From Tubiluchus corallicola (lineage: Eukaryota > Animalia > Priapulida): a DNA stretch of 64,000 nucleotides. Below the pieces are notes generated by a model. The model was not told the origin of the DNA. It was given only the letters and a program-made list of their open reading frames with translations, and made no database searches. The position numbers and the translations under genes are program-made. Positions 38,820-52,000 of this stretch are shown here, piece after piece. Location: the NCBI GenBank assembly GCA_030141605.1, contig JAQGDQ010000539.1, positions 84,355 through 148,354 on the forward strand, read 5' to 3'. The number at the start of each line of letters is the position of its first letter. The first letter of the stretch is position 1.

Positions 38820-41650
38820 CACTTACAACCTTACACTTGTTGGGATGGAACTGCATACCATTTTCAACAGCCCAGTCGTAGAGCCCTTTTAGTTCCAATT
38901 GAAGATCATTGAAGATAGTAAAGGAATTAGATTCAGACCAGATTTTCCTGTCGTAAGAGAATTGCTCACACAACTACCATAAACACGGGCCTAATATCGA
39001 ACCTTGCGGTACACCACTAGTCATCAAGGACTCAGTCGATTTATAACCATCAACACATGTGCATTATCTTCTATTTTCTAAGAAGTTAACTATCCACTGT
39101 AAAACTGAACCAGTTATACTATAATTTTTATGTTTCGTAAATAGAAAGTGATGAGGTACAACATTAAATGCCTTTTTCAGGTCCAGCAATATATCAAAAG
39201 ACTTATTAGCATCTTTTAACTAAAACCACGCATCGTAACATTATAACAGTTGGGTAACCCATGTTGTTCTTCACAAATAATGTTGTATCTTATCAGATGG
39301 TTCATTATATGCTTCCACATGATTTTTTCTGTCACCTTATTAATTGTATTTAGTAAGCTAACTGGCCTGTAGTTCTATGGATCTGACTTGTCCCCTTTTT
39401 TTATGAATGGGAGTAACCTGTGCCACCTTTCATTGTCCAGGTAACTGACAATCAGCAAAAGGCCTATCCAGTAAGGTGTATATAGGCTTGAAAAGCATAG
39501 TTCCACATTCATTTAAAATACGTGGATGGTAACTATCTGGAACACATTTGTTTACATTGAGATTTTGCAAGTCATGAAGCACCTCTTCTTCAGTTATGCA
39601 AACATTGTTGATATCAGGATATTGTTGCACTGTAGTTACTTCATAGTCAGGAGCATTGGGACTGAATACACTAATGAAAAAAGTCATTCAAAATTTGTGC
39701 CGTCCCTTCTGAATCAGAGACAAAAATACCTTGGGAATTCTTCAGTGAATGAATCCTAGACGTTGTCTTCCGAAGTGCATTGATATACACATAACATACA
39801 CATACACAATACACAAAACACATAACATACAAATTAAGTCGAATTACTGGAATAATTTTAAAAGTAAGGCACTACGTTGACCAATATATTCTGAAACTTC
39901 TATATAATTCGTTAGTTTTCCCTTATTTACAATATTCCATCTTAACATGGGGTACAGCTTTTGCATCAACTCAAAAATTAATACAGACACAACAAAACAA
40001 AATAGTAAAATTAATAACTTTTGCTCGCAAATATGATCATGCTACACCATCGTTCGTAAAATTAAAAATTTTAAAAGTAAGAGATATTTACAATCTTGAG
40101 TTGTTCAAATTTATGTATAAATTCAATGCTGGTTTATTACCCGAACTTTTTAGAGAATATTTCACTAATGTTTCTGATATACATTCCTACTCCACAAGAG
40201 CTGCTTCTAATGAACAGTATTTTGTGGAGAGATTTTTTTACCCGACATGGTTTCAATAGCTTAAAATCACGAGGAGTTAAATTATGGAACTCGTTGCCAA
40301 AAGATACCTTTGGCGGTAGCTTATTTTCTGCTTCCAAAAAATACACAAAATTCTTACTAAATGAATATACCTGTAATACATAACTTGTAAGACTAATAAG
40401 CAAGCTATCAAGTGTGTTTTTTTCTTCTCATCTCCTAAGTAATTGTTGCTCTTTCTTATACTTACTTTTTCTCTTAAATTTTCTATATTACACTTTTTTT
40501 GATACTTATTTTATCTCTCCATACAGTCAAAATCCCCTGTCAATAAGGCCCCTATATGAAAATATATATAATAATCATAATTACTTGTATTGTTTTGTTT
40601 AGATTTTGGTGTCATCTAACTTTATTATTTTTTGTTTTCACTTATACTGTTTTCATTTATACTTTGTTTTCATTTATACTGTTTATTATTATTATTTCTT
40701 TTCCTATTTGATTTTGTTATCCGCAGTCTCACCATTTACTTTTAATATACTAATTTAATTATTAGACAGGGCAGGAGACTAGATGACCCTATGGTCCTTC
40801 CCTGCCCTGCTCCACTACTATAATTAAGTAATAACTAAAAAAACTTGTCATGTCAAACAAATGGAGAAAATAAATGTTCTATGTCTATGTCTATGTCTAT
40901 ACTGCCAGAATGCCTTAGCATTACTCTTGCAGTTACTTGCTAGTTTGCGTTCATGGCTTTTTCTGGCACCAGTTATAAGATTTCTCACCACGTTACACCT
41001 GGCAGCATACCGATCATAAGAAAGTTTTGTTCTTCGTCTTTTCCAGTCAAAAACAACTTTTCATTCTCCTTTACATGGTCAAGCAACTGCTTCGTTAACA
41101 AGGAAGCCGACATCGACTTCTTATTACAAGAACTTGGATAGAAACTAGGCACATATTCATCAACAACTGACATGTGCAGATTATGAAATTTTGTCCACAT
41201 ATCATCAAGAGTAAGATTACTATTTAAAACATTAATCCAATCAACTTGGCTAAATGCATTACACATATTGCTTAAATTAACTTTGTTTAAACACATTTTC
41301 TTCTGAGGTAAAATTTTGACTGGAAATACATTTACATTCAAGCTAAAATGCAGACATACATAGTCACTATTACTTAGAGGTGAACTAGGTCTCAAATTTT
41401 TTACCAAATCATTTTGTTCAGTAAAAACTAGATCAAGTAAAGATGGTTCATTGCCAACGCGATAGCGTGTTGCAATAACAAGTTCAACTCAAAGCATTTT
41501 AAAAACTCATTTCAACAGCATTATTGGAGAACTCCAATTGCCAATCAATTCCTGGTAAATTAAAGTCACCCATTATACAGATATTTGATTTCTTTGATTC
41601 ACACACATATGAAATCAATTTACTAAGATTAGTATTACTAAGATAATCAA
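38820..41650 (-). mobile_element. Degenerate CR1-type LINE ORF2 (endonuclease + RT), split by a nested LINE insertion
   Basis: EN motifs CIMGDFNLPGIDW (about 41540-41580), RYRVGNEPSLLDLVF and SPLSNSDY. RT motifs NYRPVSLL, DLKKAFNVVPH and TSGVPQGSILGP (about 38985-39022). The frame KAFWQY|INALRKT rejoins across the insert. Confidence 0.85.
39789..40897 (+). mobile_element. 5'-truncated L2/Crack-like LINE nested in the CR1 element
   Basis: Translation LKLLYNSLVFPYLQYSILTWG...QNKIVKLI...HATPSFVKLKILKV...RGVKLWNSLP, then an AT-rich 3' UTR, a GGGCAGG...CCTGCCC hairpin, AATAAA and a (CTATGT)n tail. Flanked by TATAC direct repeats (39784-39788 and 40898-40902). Confidence 0.85.
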
Positions 41651-41654
41651 TGCC

Positions 41655-42300
41655 GCTAAAGGTAGCATCTAAAATGACATCCGCATCTACAGGACCAGTT
41701 GGGATTCGTCTTTCACATCCTGGTCAAAAATGGCAAGTATTAAAGGCTGCTAAAGATTTACATAAAAAGAAGGATTGCAAGAATATCTCACCTGGCGTGA
41801 ATGCGAGGAAAGTAAAAAGTTGATCAGTGAACTAAAGTCAAGAAGGGCCAAAGGAGAAAAAGTTAAAATATATAAAAACCAAATAGTTAGCATTGATGAA
41901 GATAACATTACATGCTCTCCTAAAGTACATTTTTCGGACCAGCATTCCGCATTCATGCAGCAACAAGATAGTAATGAAACGGCGGCTTTTACAGAAAGCA
42001 ACTGTGTACTTTTCATGTCAGATGCAAATGTCACAAAATCTGTCGTAAGTGAACTTGAATCTCCGGAACAATTACGTGAAAATGATAGTGATGCAGGATC
42101 AAACCAAAAGACATCACCTAAAACCCGCTTGCTAGCTGAATTAAATCAACAACTACAACAAACTACTAGCAGTCCTAGGAATAAAACTTCAATTATCACT
42201 GGAATGATAGACCAGTATTTAACACCACCACTAACTCGCCCAAAATCGGTGGTTACCAAGAAAACGTGACAAGTGAACATCAATCATCCAGCTGTAAATA
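41655..42300 (+). mobile_element. CR1-type ORF1 C-terminal fragment
   Basis: KWQVLKAAKDL (frameshifted) followed by LTWRECEESKKLISELKSRRAKGEKVKIYKNQIV, matching the DLT..ER...L..ELK.RR..GE pattern of CR1 ORF1, then a low-complexity tail. Confidence 0.65.
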
Positions 42301-43816
42301 GTGTAAATATTTCTATTAACAGAGTGCGAACTAATACTGCAAAACTAATAGTGATATCTGAAACCCTGTGCTACGCTTCATGATCGCAGCGTGGCCACCT
42401 ATTATGTATATTTATTAAATTGATAAAGTAAACAAGGAAGAGTGGAGCGGTTCGTAAGCTATTTATGCTTAACCTCTATCCTTCGACGGTAACGGTAACG
42501 GTATTATCACTGATTGCTGAGGACGAACTTCTGTATATCAAGAGAATACAAAAACTTTGATTCTCTTGAAGTTCAATTTTTACACATACTACACACTTAA
42601 AATATTTACAATGTAGCTAAAAAAGTCATTACTTTAATGAACGTATATGACTACACCACGCCCACAAGAGTTATAAATAGGTATAATAACCCGGAATTGT
42701 TAACTCAGTTTTCTCTATGTAATCTATGTAATTTTTACCAGGTTTAGAGTTCACTTCCGTAATTGCAACTACGTGATAAAACGTAAAATCCTGAAATAAT
42801 TTTGTAATTAATTCCTGTCTCTTATTTAAGTATACAAAACATTAATGTTTTTCCCAGAATAAGTCTAACACCACTCAATTGACTCTACACTTCCTATTTT
42901 CTCCTTTAAGAATTATTTTGTAGTTTATTACAGAAGACACCACAAGTTTACATTTGCATTTTATTAATATAAGACAGCATTTTCAAAAATGTTTTGTGTA
43001 TTGTAAGAAAGGTAAGTATTAGAAATCCCATGCAGGCAGCACAAAAAACCTTACCACATTGTTGTGACAATATTTTTGCAAATATTGGTACAATATGGAA
43101 ATATGGACTTGCCCAAACTTTATACAAATATTTTTTACTATATATTTTAACAGAGAAAACGTAATGGGAGAGAGAGAGAGACGTTAATAGTCTCAAGGGT
43201 TATAATATTTATTCAGCAGCTTTCGTCTTAGTGGGTCTCATATATAAAATTGAATGTGGTGGGTTACATTAAGTAAGATTGGACTTGGACTTAAAATCAA
43301 ATAAAAATCTACTAAAATAGCAAGAATAGAAAGGTAAAGACAAAATACAAAATATATTAAATACTTTTTGAGCTAAAATGCTAAATGCATCCAGGGACCA
43401 ACAAAGGAACACAGAAGGAAACAAAATAAAAAATATATAGATTAAATTAGGCAACTAAATAAAAATCAATTTCACAGCTACCATTCTTTCTCCAAAGAAA
43501 TTTTTGGTTTCAAATTTTTTATAAGTTCTGATTCAGCAAAAAGCCTGTCAACATGGTCTTCAGCTCTGTAGAAGATGACAGCATCAAATGAAAGGGTTAA
43601 AACTGTAAAATGGACGTTTTATAATGTTCACATCAGGGTGAGCCAAAGGTATGATCCTTGCAGACCCTTATGTGCTCCGTAAGGCGGTCCCTAACAAGTC
43701 GTTTGGTTTGACCCACATATATCAAACACTATTCCGTTGTCTGAGCCTGTATATCAGATACTGACGATTCCAACTTATTCACTTTTCCAGTTATTGATAA
43801 AATCCTTGCTCATGTC

Positions 43817-44102
43817 CAGGGGCGTATTAACCAATAGTCTAACTAGGCTAGGCAGTTAGTGGGCTCTGCTTTTATATAAATGCCGCATACCAAACAGGTG
43901 CAAGGTATTACACAACAAGCAGTTGCAGAGCCTGCTTGCATATAAGTCTGTACGAATAAGTGTAATTAATATCGACCTTGTAGAAACTAGTTTAATAGTG
44001 TTTCTAATACACCACAAGTAATTGTTTAATCACCTCATTACATAAACAAGCAAAAATTCACAATATCAGCCTAGAACGTTGTAAAGTTCTGATACGCCCC
44101 TG
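43817..44102. mobile_element. hAT-like MITE
   Basis: TIR CAGGGGCGTAT ... ATACGCCCCTG; flanking 8-mers CTCATGTC / TTGATGTC (6/8). Confidence 0.75.
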
Positions 44103-44900
44103 TTGATGTCACGTGTGAAAAACACATAATGCACATCTACCCTTACCCGGCTACCCATAAATGCAAAAGCATAACCTTATCGTCCAATACTATAGGAAGA
44201 GTTCTGAAATGCTCTAATCTTCACATTGTGGCTCTTATCGCTGTGACCTTTGAACCCGAGGCCACAATTCTTCTCCGTATACCTATCACAGGTGTCTATC
44301 CTGTGATATCATTCTAGTCGTTATACTTATGAACCCCATTTTAACAGTCTTATTTGCCGACTTTTCAAAAAATACTTAATGCACAGCTGATAAACAGTGG
44401 CTCTTGGTCAAATACTGGGAGTTAAGAGTGAGTTAAGTGACAATAGCATTTGCTCTAACGTTCACATTTTCGCTCCTATCTCAGGCCTTTAAAGAATTCC
44501 AACCTTTTAAAACCCTAGGCGCACATCTACTCCACTTTGAATAAGTAGGGCCTACTTCTCAGCGTGTTACCTAGTCGTTTTTTGTGCACTACGCCTGTTT
44601 TTTTTACTTTCATTTTAACTGATAAAAATTTGAGCAATAATTACAATTTTATACTGCTTATGTGGTGTTATGATACTAAAGCACACACCAGGTATTTTTT
44701 TAAAAACGCGTTGGGTACGTATCATATAAATAAATCAAAACATACAGTTGATTCACACACTATTCACTTAACTGGCTTCACTAAGTTAACCTGCATATAA
44801 AACTGCTTGACTGACTGCTGCAACCCTATGTTAGTGCGCGTAACCTGACGTGGTGTGTGCTTGTCAGAGGTTAGTTTTTAGCAATTTCTTCGGAGTATGA

Positions 44901-44945
44901 TATAAAAAAATTGTTTCATATATATACGGCGTCTTTCAGTCATTT
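44901..44945 (+). promoter_or_regulatory. Candidate TATA box and initiator of the lectin gene
   Basis: TATAAAA at 44901 and TCAGTC at 44936, about 140-175 bp upstream of the CCACCATG start. The spacing is slightly long and the sequence is AT-rich, so the call is weak. Confidence 0.3.
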
Positions 44946-45076
44946 TGTGGGCGTGCATCATTTGTGCGTTTGTGACCGTTTGTTTATTATTGAAAACACT
45001 GTTTAACGTTAGCGAAAGTATCAAACTGTTTTCCATTGAATGTTTTCTGTTTTTTAGAATTCACTCAGAATCCACC

Positions 45077-47800
45077 ATGAAACGTCTTGTCATTGTACTG
45101 GTTGTCGCCGTCGCTGTTGGAGCAGTGGAAGATTTTTCAGGATCTGCAGCTGGTAAATATACTAATTAAAAAATTACTTCAATTTTGATAAAATTAATAC
45201 TTGTAAAATTATTTGAAAATGTTTTTTGTCTCTACGTAGCAGCCATAGTAACGTGTATTATACGTGACTGGCATATTTAAGGTGTATATCAATGGCTACT
45301 TTCAGTGGAACAAATGTCCATTAATGTTTGTAATGGAAAGTAAATTCGTTTTTTCATCACATTTCTTTGAAATATTCAGGGACGGACTGGAATCGGATAA
45401 CAGGCAAGTTAAAGAATGTGGACAGTGGCAAATCTGGAATTTGGGGCGTCAACTCTAACGATGACATCTACTACAGAGTTGGCACGTACGATGCTGTCGA
45501 TACTGACGGAGCAAGTTGGTTGCAGGTAGCTGGCAAACTGAAAGTAGTGAGCTCTGGTCGAGACATTGTTTGGGGAGTTAATTCTGCCAATAACATCTTT
45601 GTCAGGAATGGTAATACATTGAAAATTGATTTTGCGCATGACTAACTTGATAATAAGCTGGTAATTATGATTATAGATTACTAAAATGACTAACGTAAGA
45701 TAACTTCTACTGCTAAAATGAATAACTTTTACTGCTAAAATGAATAACGTGAGATAACTTCTACTGCTTTTACACGCAAATAAAAATGACCGACCTGGAT
45801 GTTTTGCAGTTAAAAAACCTAACCTGAATTACAGGTATAACAAGGGACAAGCCAGAAGGCACAGATTGGCAACAGATCGATGGCAGCTTGAAACAAGTGG
45901 CAGTTGACTCGGAAACGAATGAAGTGTGGGGTGTGAATACGGCAGACCAGATCTACAGACGGGTAGGCATAACTGAACATAATCCTAAAGGGACCTCTTG
46001 GAAAGAAATAGGTGGACGCTTAAAATGGGTATCTCCTTCTGCAGCAGGCGTCTGGGGAGTCAACTCCGCAAGCGAGATCTTCTACAGGACAGGTACTCAT
46101 TTCTTCTTGGGAGATGGCACTGGATGGGAGAAGGTCGAAGGATTACTAAAGCAGATATCGTCTGGCAATGGAATAGTGTGGGGTGTTAATGACAATTATG
46201 AAATCTTCATTAGATTAGGTAAGCTAATATTCTTCTCAAAAGATGCTCCGTTTTTTATTTATTAAAGAACCGTTTCATTTCTTTGTTAATTAGAGGATAG
46301 ACTGTGCTTTAAAAAGTTTGTGTCTTTATTTCCCAGGCATAACTGTTTCAAATCCCAAAGGAACTGAATGGCAGAACATCCCAGGTTCCCTAAAGCACGT
46401 CAGCGGTTGCAGGTTACTCATTTGGGGTGTTAATAATGTGGACGACATTTACCGGCGCATTGGGATTAACCAGCTAGGTTTGTTTGTAATATAAATTTCT
46501 ACAGTTAGAAATGTAACTGATCTTTTTTTTGTGTGAGATCAAATAAAATTTAATAGCATCGACTTCAAAATAATTTTAACGTTTTTCAGTACCAGGAAAA
46601 CCACTACTTGGCGAATTGTATAAGGTTGGAACCGCTTGGGCCAACATACCGGGTAGTCTAAAAGACATCGCTGTAGGAAATACTGGAGTTTGGGGTGTCA
46701 ATAGGTAAATACTGGATAAAAATAAAATTTATCCTAGCCTGGTAATCGGGGCCGAATTATGACTTTTCGGGGGCCCTTGGTAAACCATGACATTTATACT
46801 ATTTTTGTTATAGCAATAACAACATCTACTACCGAACAAGAACTTTTGGTAGCATACACAGTGATGGCGATGCATGGATGGAAGTAAGTGGAGCACTGAA
46901 GCAAATCAGCTCCGGTAAGCGAGCAGTTTGGGGTGTAAACAACAACGACGACATCTACATTCGTGTAGGAATGTCACGTGACCATCCTGCAGGAACTGGG
47001 TGGGATAATGTCTCTGGCAAGCTGAAGCAGATCAGCGTCAACGAACTGACTGATGAAGTTTGGGGAGTGAATAGCAACAACCAAATCTACCGCCGCAATG
47101 GTATCAAATGTAGTTGCGGTACAACACCAAGTAACTTGAAGGGGACATCCTGGCAGAACATCGAAGGTGCCCTCAAATACATTTCTACGGGAAGTTCTGG
47201 TAAGCAGTAAAACTTGTATTCAATTTGCATAAATGGCAACACTCTCAAACACACCAGCTTGTTATCACCTCAATTGTCTTTTCTTTCCAGGTGTGTGGGG
47301 AGTGAACTTGAATGATGATATTTATTACCGTGAAGGCACTGGATTCGGACAATATGACACAACCGGAACTTCATGGATACAGGTTCCTGGTAAACTGAAG
47401 GTGGTTAGCAGTGGTGACGGGATTGTATGGGGTATTAATGCAAACAATGTCATCTTTGTTAGAGCAGGTGAAAAACTTTTTAGCTTCTATCTGCTTTGCT
47501 CACAGCACTGAAAACGTAACTGGCATTAGTATATTTTACATTTACTTTTCCTAAACTGTAATATACTTAAATTGTACAATGGGAATTTTTTCAGGCATTT
47601 CTGCTGATCTCCCAATTGGAACGGAATGGCAAATGGTCTCTGGTTCACTTGCTCAGCTCAGCGTAAGCAGTGATGGCAGTGTTGTCTGGGGTGTAAATGA
47701 GAATGGACAGATATACCGGCGTTATGGAATCGATAATCCCATCTTAGCTAAAAGACCAGATGTGGATTGTCCTCAAAACGATGCTTGTTACATTCAATAA
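45077..47800 (+). CDS. Secreted tectonin-family (tachylectin-1/fish-egg lectin-like) lectin with 12 blades, 571 aa, 8 coding exons
   Basis: Exons 45077-45152, 45380-45610, 45835-46218, 46337-46477, 46590-46704, 46814-47199, 47291-47467 and 47595-47800 are GT-AG, total 1716 nt and join in frame. Kozak CCACCATG; signal peptide MKRLVIVLVVAVAVGA; twelve W..(I/V).G.LK....(V/I)WG(V/I)N...I(Y/F).R repeats; AATAAA near 47903. Confidence 0.93.
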
Positions 47801-49040
47801 TTCTCTCCAAGCTAAGAAACCAAAGATGGAATGTCCTCAAAATGCTGTTACATTTAAAATTGTTTCCATAGTCGTGCATTTAAATTGTTTCCAGTTCATA
47901 AAAATAAACTGTTTGTAAAAAAAATTTGCATGAAAAAACAAATTTTTTTTGTCAGTTTTTTAACAATACTAGTTTTCAGTGATTACGTAATTCATAAAAA
48001 CAAATTGTTCAAATTATTTCCACTCTGAACGTAAGCACAACTCTAAACAAGCAAGATGATAAGACTGCTACAAAATCTATTTTCTGTGTTCTTTTCGGAC
48101 TCTTGCAACAGTCCTTTGATATGGAGAATTCTTACCTTTTTCAAAAAGATCAAAAACTTGCTTGGAATGACCACTGCGATAAGATAAAATCTAAAGTAAT
48201 AGCACTTTGGGCCTACTACCAAGAACGCCTACTGATCGTTCTAGATTACTTATAACACCTTAGGCTGGAATATGCTTGCTTGTCTGTTTCAGCAACTAAA
48301 ATGGGACACTTTGGAGTACAAACGCACTTTCCACCAAGCCACGTAATAAAAAATTCAGTATCTGGTGACAGTACCCTTTCCTGCATGCATCATACCATCA
48401 TCATTACACACCAGTTCGTGTCACCAGTTCAAATATGACCAAGTCCCATGTAGTGTACAGAGCAGAAAATGCTAGTTTCATCGAAACTCTGGCCAGTGAC
48501 ACATGCCACCAGAATAATGAAGGAGCCTGTTCACATGGAAAGATTGTGAAAATTACTGATTTTTAAATGCACGCTAATAATCACACCTAGCACCTTGTTC
48601 CTTTATGATATCAAGTGGACAATGTTGGTTGATGCACAAGGCACATTGACATCATACATTCCAGTTAAGCTGTTTTGAGCTTTTGGAATTAATAATTGAA
48701 GGTGGAGCATCAATCGTCTTATTTTCCAGTAACTTGTATTTAATTACTAAGAGAACAAGCTATCATAATAAATCTGCATCACTTGTAGTCTTTATTATCG
48801 CAATTCTTTGACATAACAGAAAAATAAAAAGTATACACAGTAGTGAAGCACATAGCTCAAGATAATGATTTTAGAAATGCAAATTGATGCAATGACTATA
48901 CCAAGAAACTGATCATTTTAAACACTGATTGTAAAAACAAACACTTTAAATCAGAAACAAAAACAATTTTTTTGAAAACATAACATGATTATTGCACTAA
49001 CACTATGTCCATTTTGAATCATTAACATTTCACTAATTAC

Positions 49041-52000
49041 TCAAGCAACAGCAATTGGCGCCATCTGTTTGGCCTTGCGTTTAGCGACATCTTTTGCCTT
49101 TTCGCTAGCTGCTTTGGCTTTCTCACCAGCAGCAAGAAGTTGCTTCTTCTTGTCCATATATGGAGAAGACATCGTTAGCTGATCTGATGTTGGAAAATGC
49201 TGCTCAAGTGCAAAATGGAAACCCTGCAGTTCAAAAAACCATCTGAATGATATAAAAAGGCACCTGACAAACTGATAATGACAAATACCATTTTTTCATA
49301 TAGAACATAGTGGGTAGTATAATTCTGCAGCCACAGTTAGAAAATGTACTAGGAGACTAGTCTGTGCAAGTGCAACACACAACGTAAACCAGGGGTGTGC
49401 AAATTGCGGTACGCGGGGCCACTTGCGGCCCGCCGAGAGAATTTGTGCGGCCCGCGAAGAGATTTGTCAACCTAATGAAAGTGCGGCCCGGGCAATTAAT
49501 TGAGTGTAGCCAGCTGAAGTCCGTGTCACAATTCCAAAGATAGTGCGGGTAGTTTTTTGTACTAGATCGGATGCCATTAACCCTTACAAGACGGTTGTAG
49601 CTTGATGGCACTGTACTACACAGACTGTGTGATATACATTACTAATATGCATTGTAATGAAATTACCACTATGTGTCCTGAAAGTAGAAATATTTGGTTT
49701 GTAATATAAATTTCAATAACTTCTAAAATAGTTTCTTGAGTGTAGTAGTAATGATGTACGCAGGTCGGATGCAAAAAAATCATTATTAGGCCTTTCTGTA
49801 CTTGGCTCCTTGATAAAACTGCCTGTGGCCCACAAGAATTGCGGGAAAGTTTAATGTGGCCGGGCTAGTCAGATAATTTGCACACCCCTGATGTAAACTA
49901 TTTAACACTCTTGGGATGGTTAAAGTTTATAAGACAATATTAATTTTAGTTCCTTATGCAAACGAGTGTATACTTATTAATTAAAGGATTTTAATTATTC
50001 TGGTGTTAAGGCAAAAGTAACAGAATCATGCAAATGATCTAACAAGTACAGCTCGTCTGGCAACAGCAGCTGTGTTGAGAAAATTGTTTTTATTGCTTAG
50101 GCGAAGTACAACAACTAAGTACAAAACAGTCCTCTTCAAAAAGAAGTGTGATATGAGGTTTCATCACTGATATCCATCGATGCACAAAAAATATCTGTAC
50201 TCTGTGTTATGTAACTGTAATTCATCCAATCTCTCATTGCTGAACAATGAATGTGTAACAATGTTTAATCTAACCTTTAGAGCCTTCTGCACATTTGATT
50301 TGAACCGCTCAAGGCCAAACATGCGGATAGCACGAGAGAGACCATAAACTTGCGAATCGACCCAGGCTTGCCGGTCACACCTGGTCAGGTGACCGTCATC
50401 CTCAGTGTAGACACACCGTTCTTCTACAGTCTGAAAAATATTTTAAATCATCCGTGTAAAAAAAAGAATAATGGATATACAATAAACAAAAAAAATTAGA
50501 AAATAAACCTAACGTGCAAGCCAAAAATTTAAATAAACAACGTGTACAAAAAATGTACAAGTCTGATTTTTGGTACTTGTGTAAACAGTTTTCATAATAA
50601 AGTTTTCTACCAATACGGTAGGCGCTGATTAATAGACTCACTTTGGGATGAAAATGTTTTGACCCAATTAACCGGCTGAAACTATTATCCGACCGGTGCA
50701 GTATTACTACTATAGAAGTACGAGTCATCATTCATCAGCTTAGTATGAACTGCAAAAGCTTTAAATGTATTTTAGAAAACATTAGCAATGTCAAAATTCT
50801 TATGGCCAATTATTCAAGACAATGTACAATTATTTAAGAATACTAAATTATATAGTATAGTAATAAAAGAAGAAATTGAAAAGATTGCACAAATCTGTTT
50901 ATTTACATTAAAAATTACAAAAATTTGTGCATCCTTACTTCATTTCTTCACAAAGAAGCTAGTTTATAAAGTTCTCATACTGATGAAAAAATTGAAAATC
51001 TTTAGCTGTATGCTGCACATATTCACGCAAAACACGTTGTACCTGTTGTGCTGGAGTTACAGTTGGTGAGCGCTGGGCAAGTGATTAAGTTTAGCTTCCA
51101 GAAACATCAAGGTTAATTAATATACATTACAGTGCATCAAAAGGGAAGTAAATATGACACCAAAACCGTTAATAAAAGCTCTTTCATTATACAAAAGTAG
51201 TGATCTTATTTTAAGCACGTGAAGCAAAAATATTGAGTAAGTTAGAGAGGTTATTTGAGATAACTGCCAACAGTTCTTATACCAATTTGAATAGGACCAG
51301 CCTGTACCAGATGTTTCTGAGTCAATTAGGTGACAGATTTTATTAACCGTGAGTATAAAAACTGGCGCCTACAGTACAAGAATGTGCTCTATTTCCAGAC
51401 AGAAAAATCAGTGTAGAACAAATAGTAGAAATAATCAACAATAAAAAAAATACGACTGAATCAATGAAGTCACGTTATGGGACTTTCAATAACAAAGAAA
51501 GCTCTATCAATCACTGTAGAACATTATATTTACATGACAAGCATTAATGCTTATTATTACCATAAGGCTTTGGAGTCCAACATTACGCGTATATGTTGTT
51601 ATAGTTTTCTTCACTGGATCTACGATGGATTCCTCAACTATCCACACGGATCTGGCAGATACGACCCGTTCACCCCATTTTGGCAAATGGTTGGTTTTGG
51701 TTAAAAATCTTTTTGTGTAAAGCTTGTTGCCCCGGACTTCCCGAAATACAGTGTCTTCTGTCAAAACATGTTTACTGAAAAAAATTAGGCATTTAAATAG
51801 ATGTTTATTGTATTGCCTGAGTGATTCAATGTTTATTAAGAGCAGCTTTAAAAATCAAACTCAAATGTAATAATTAATGATTACTACAAATTCACTTCTA
51901 GGTTAAATACCTATTAGCGTCTACCTTACATCCATTCCTATTGGCCAGGCAGTTCAACTAAGTATTAACGAACGGGTCCATATGCGCGTAATGTGTGATG

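Noticed and set aside
45240-45290. Extra small exon in lectin intron 1
   Set aside because: An acceptor-like TAG/CAG is present, but exon 1 already splices in phase to 45380 and I found no convincing frame-preserving donor.
48100-48750. Coding-looking segment between the lectin and PRELID1
   Set aside because: All frames I tried are interrupted and I recognised no motif with confidence; possibly old TE debris.
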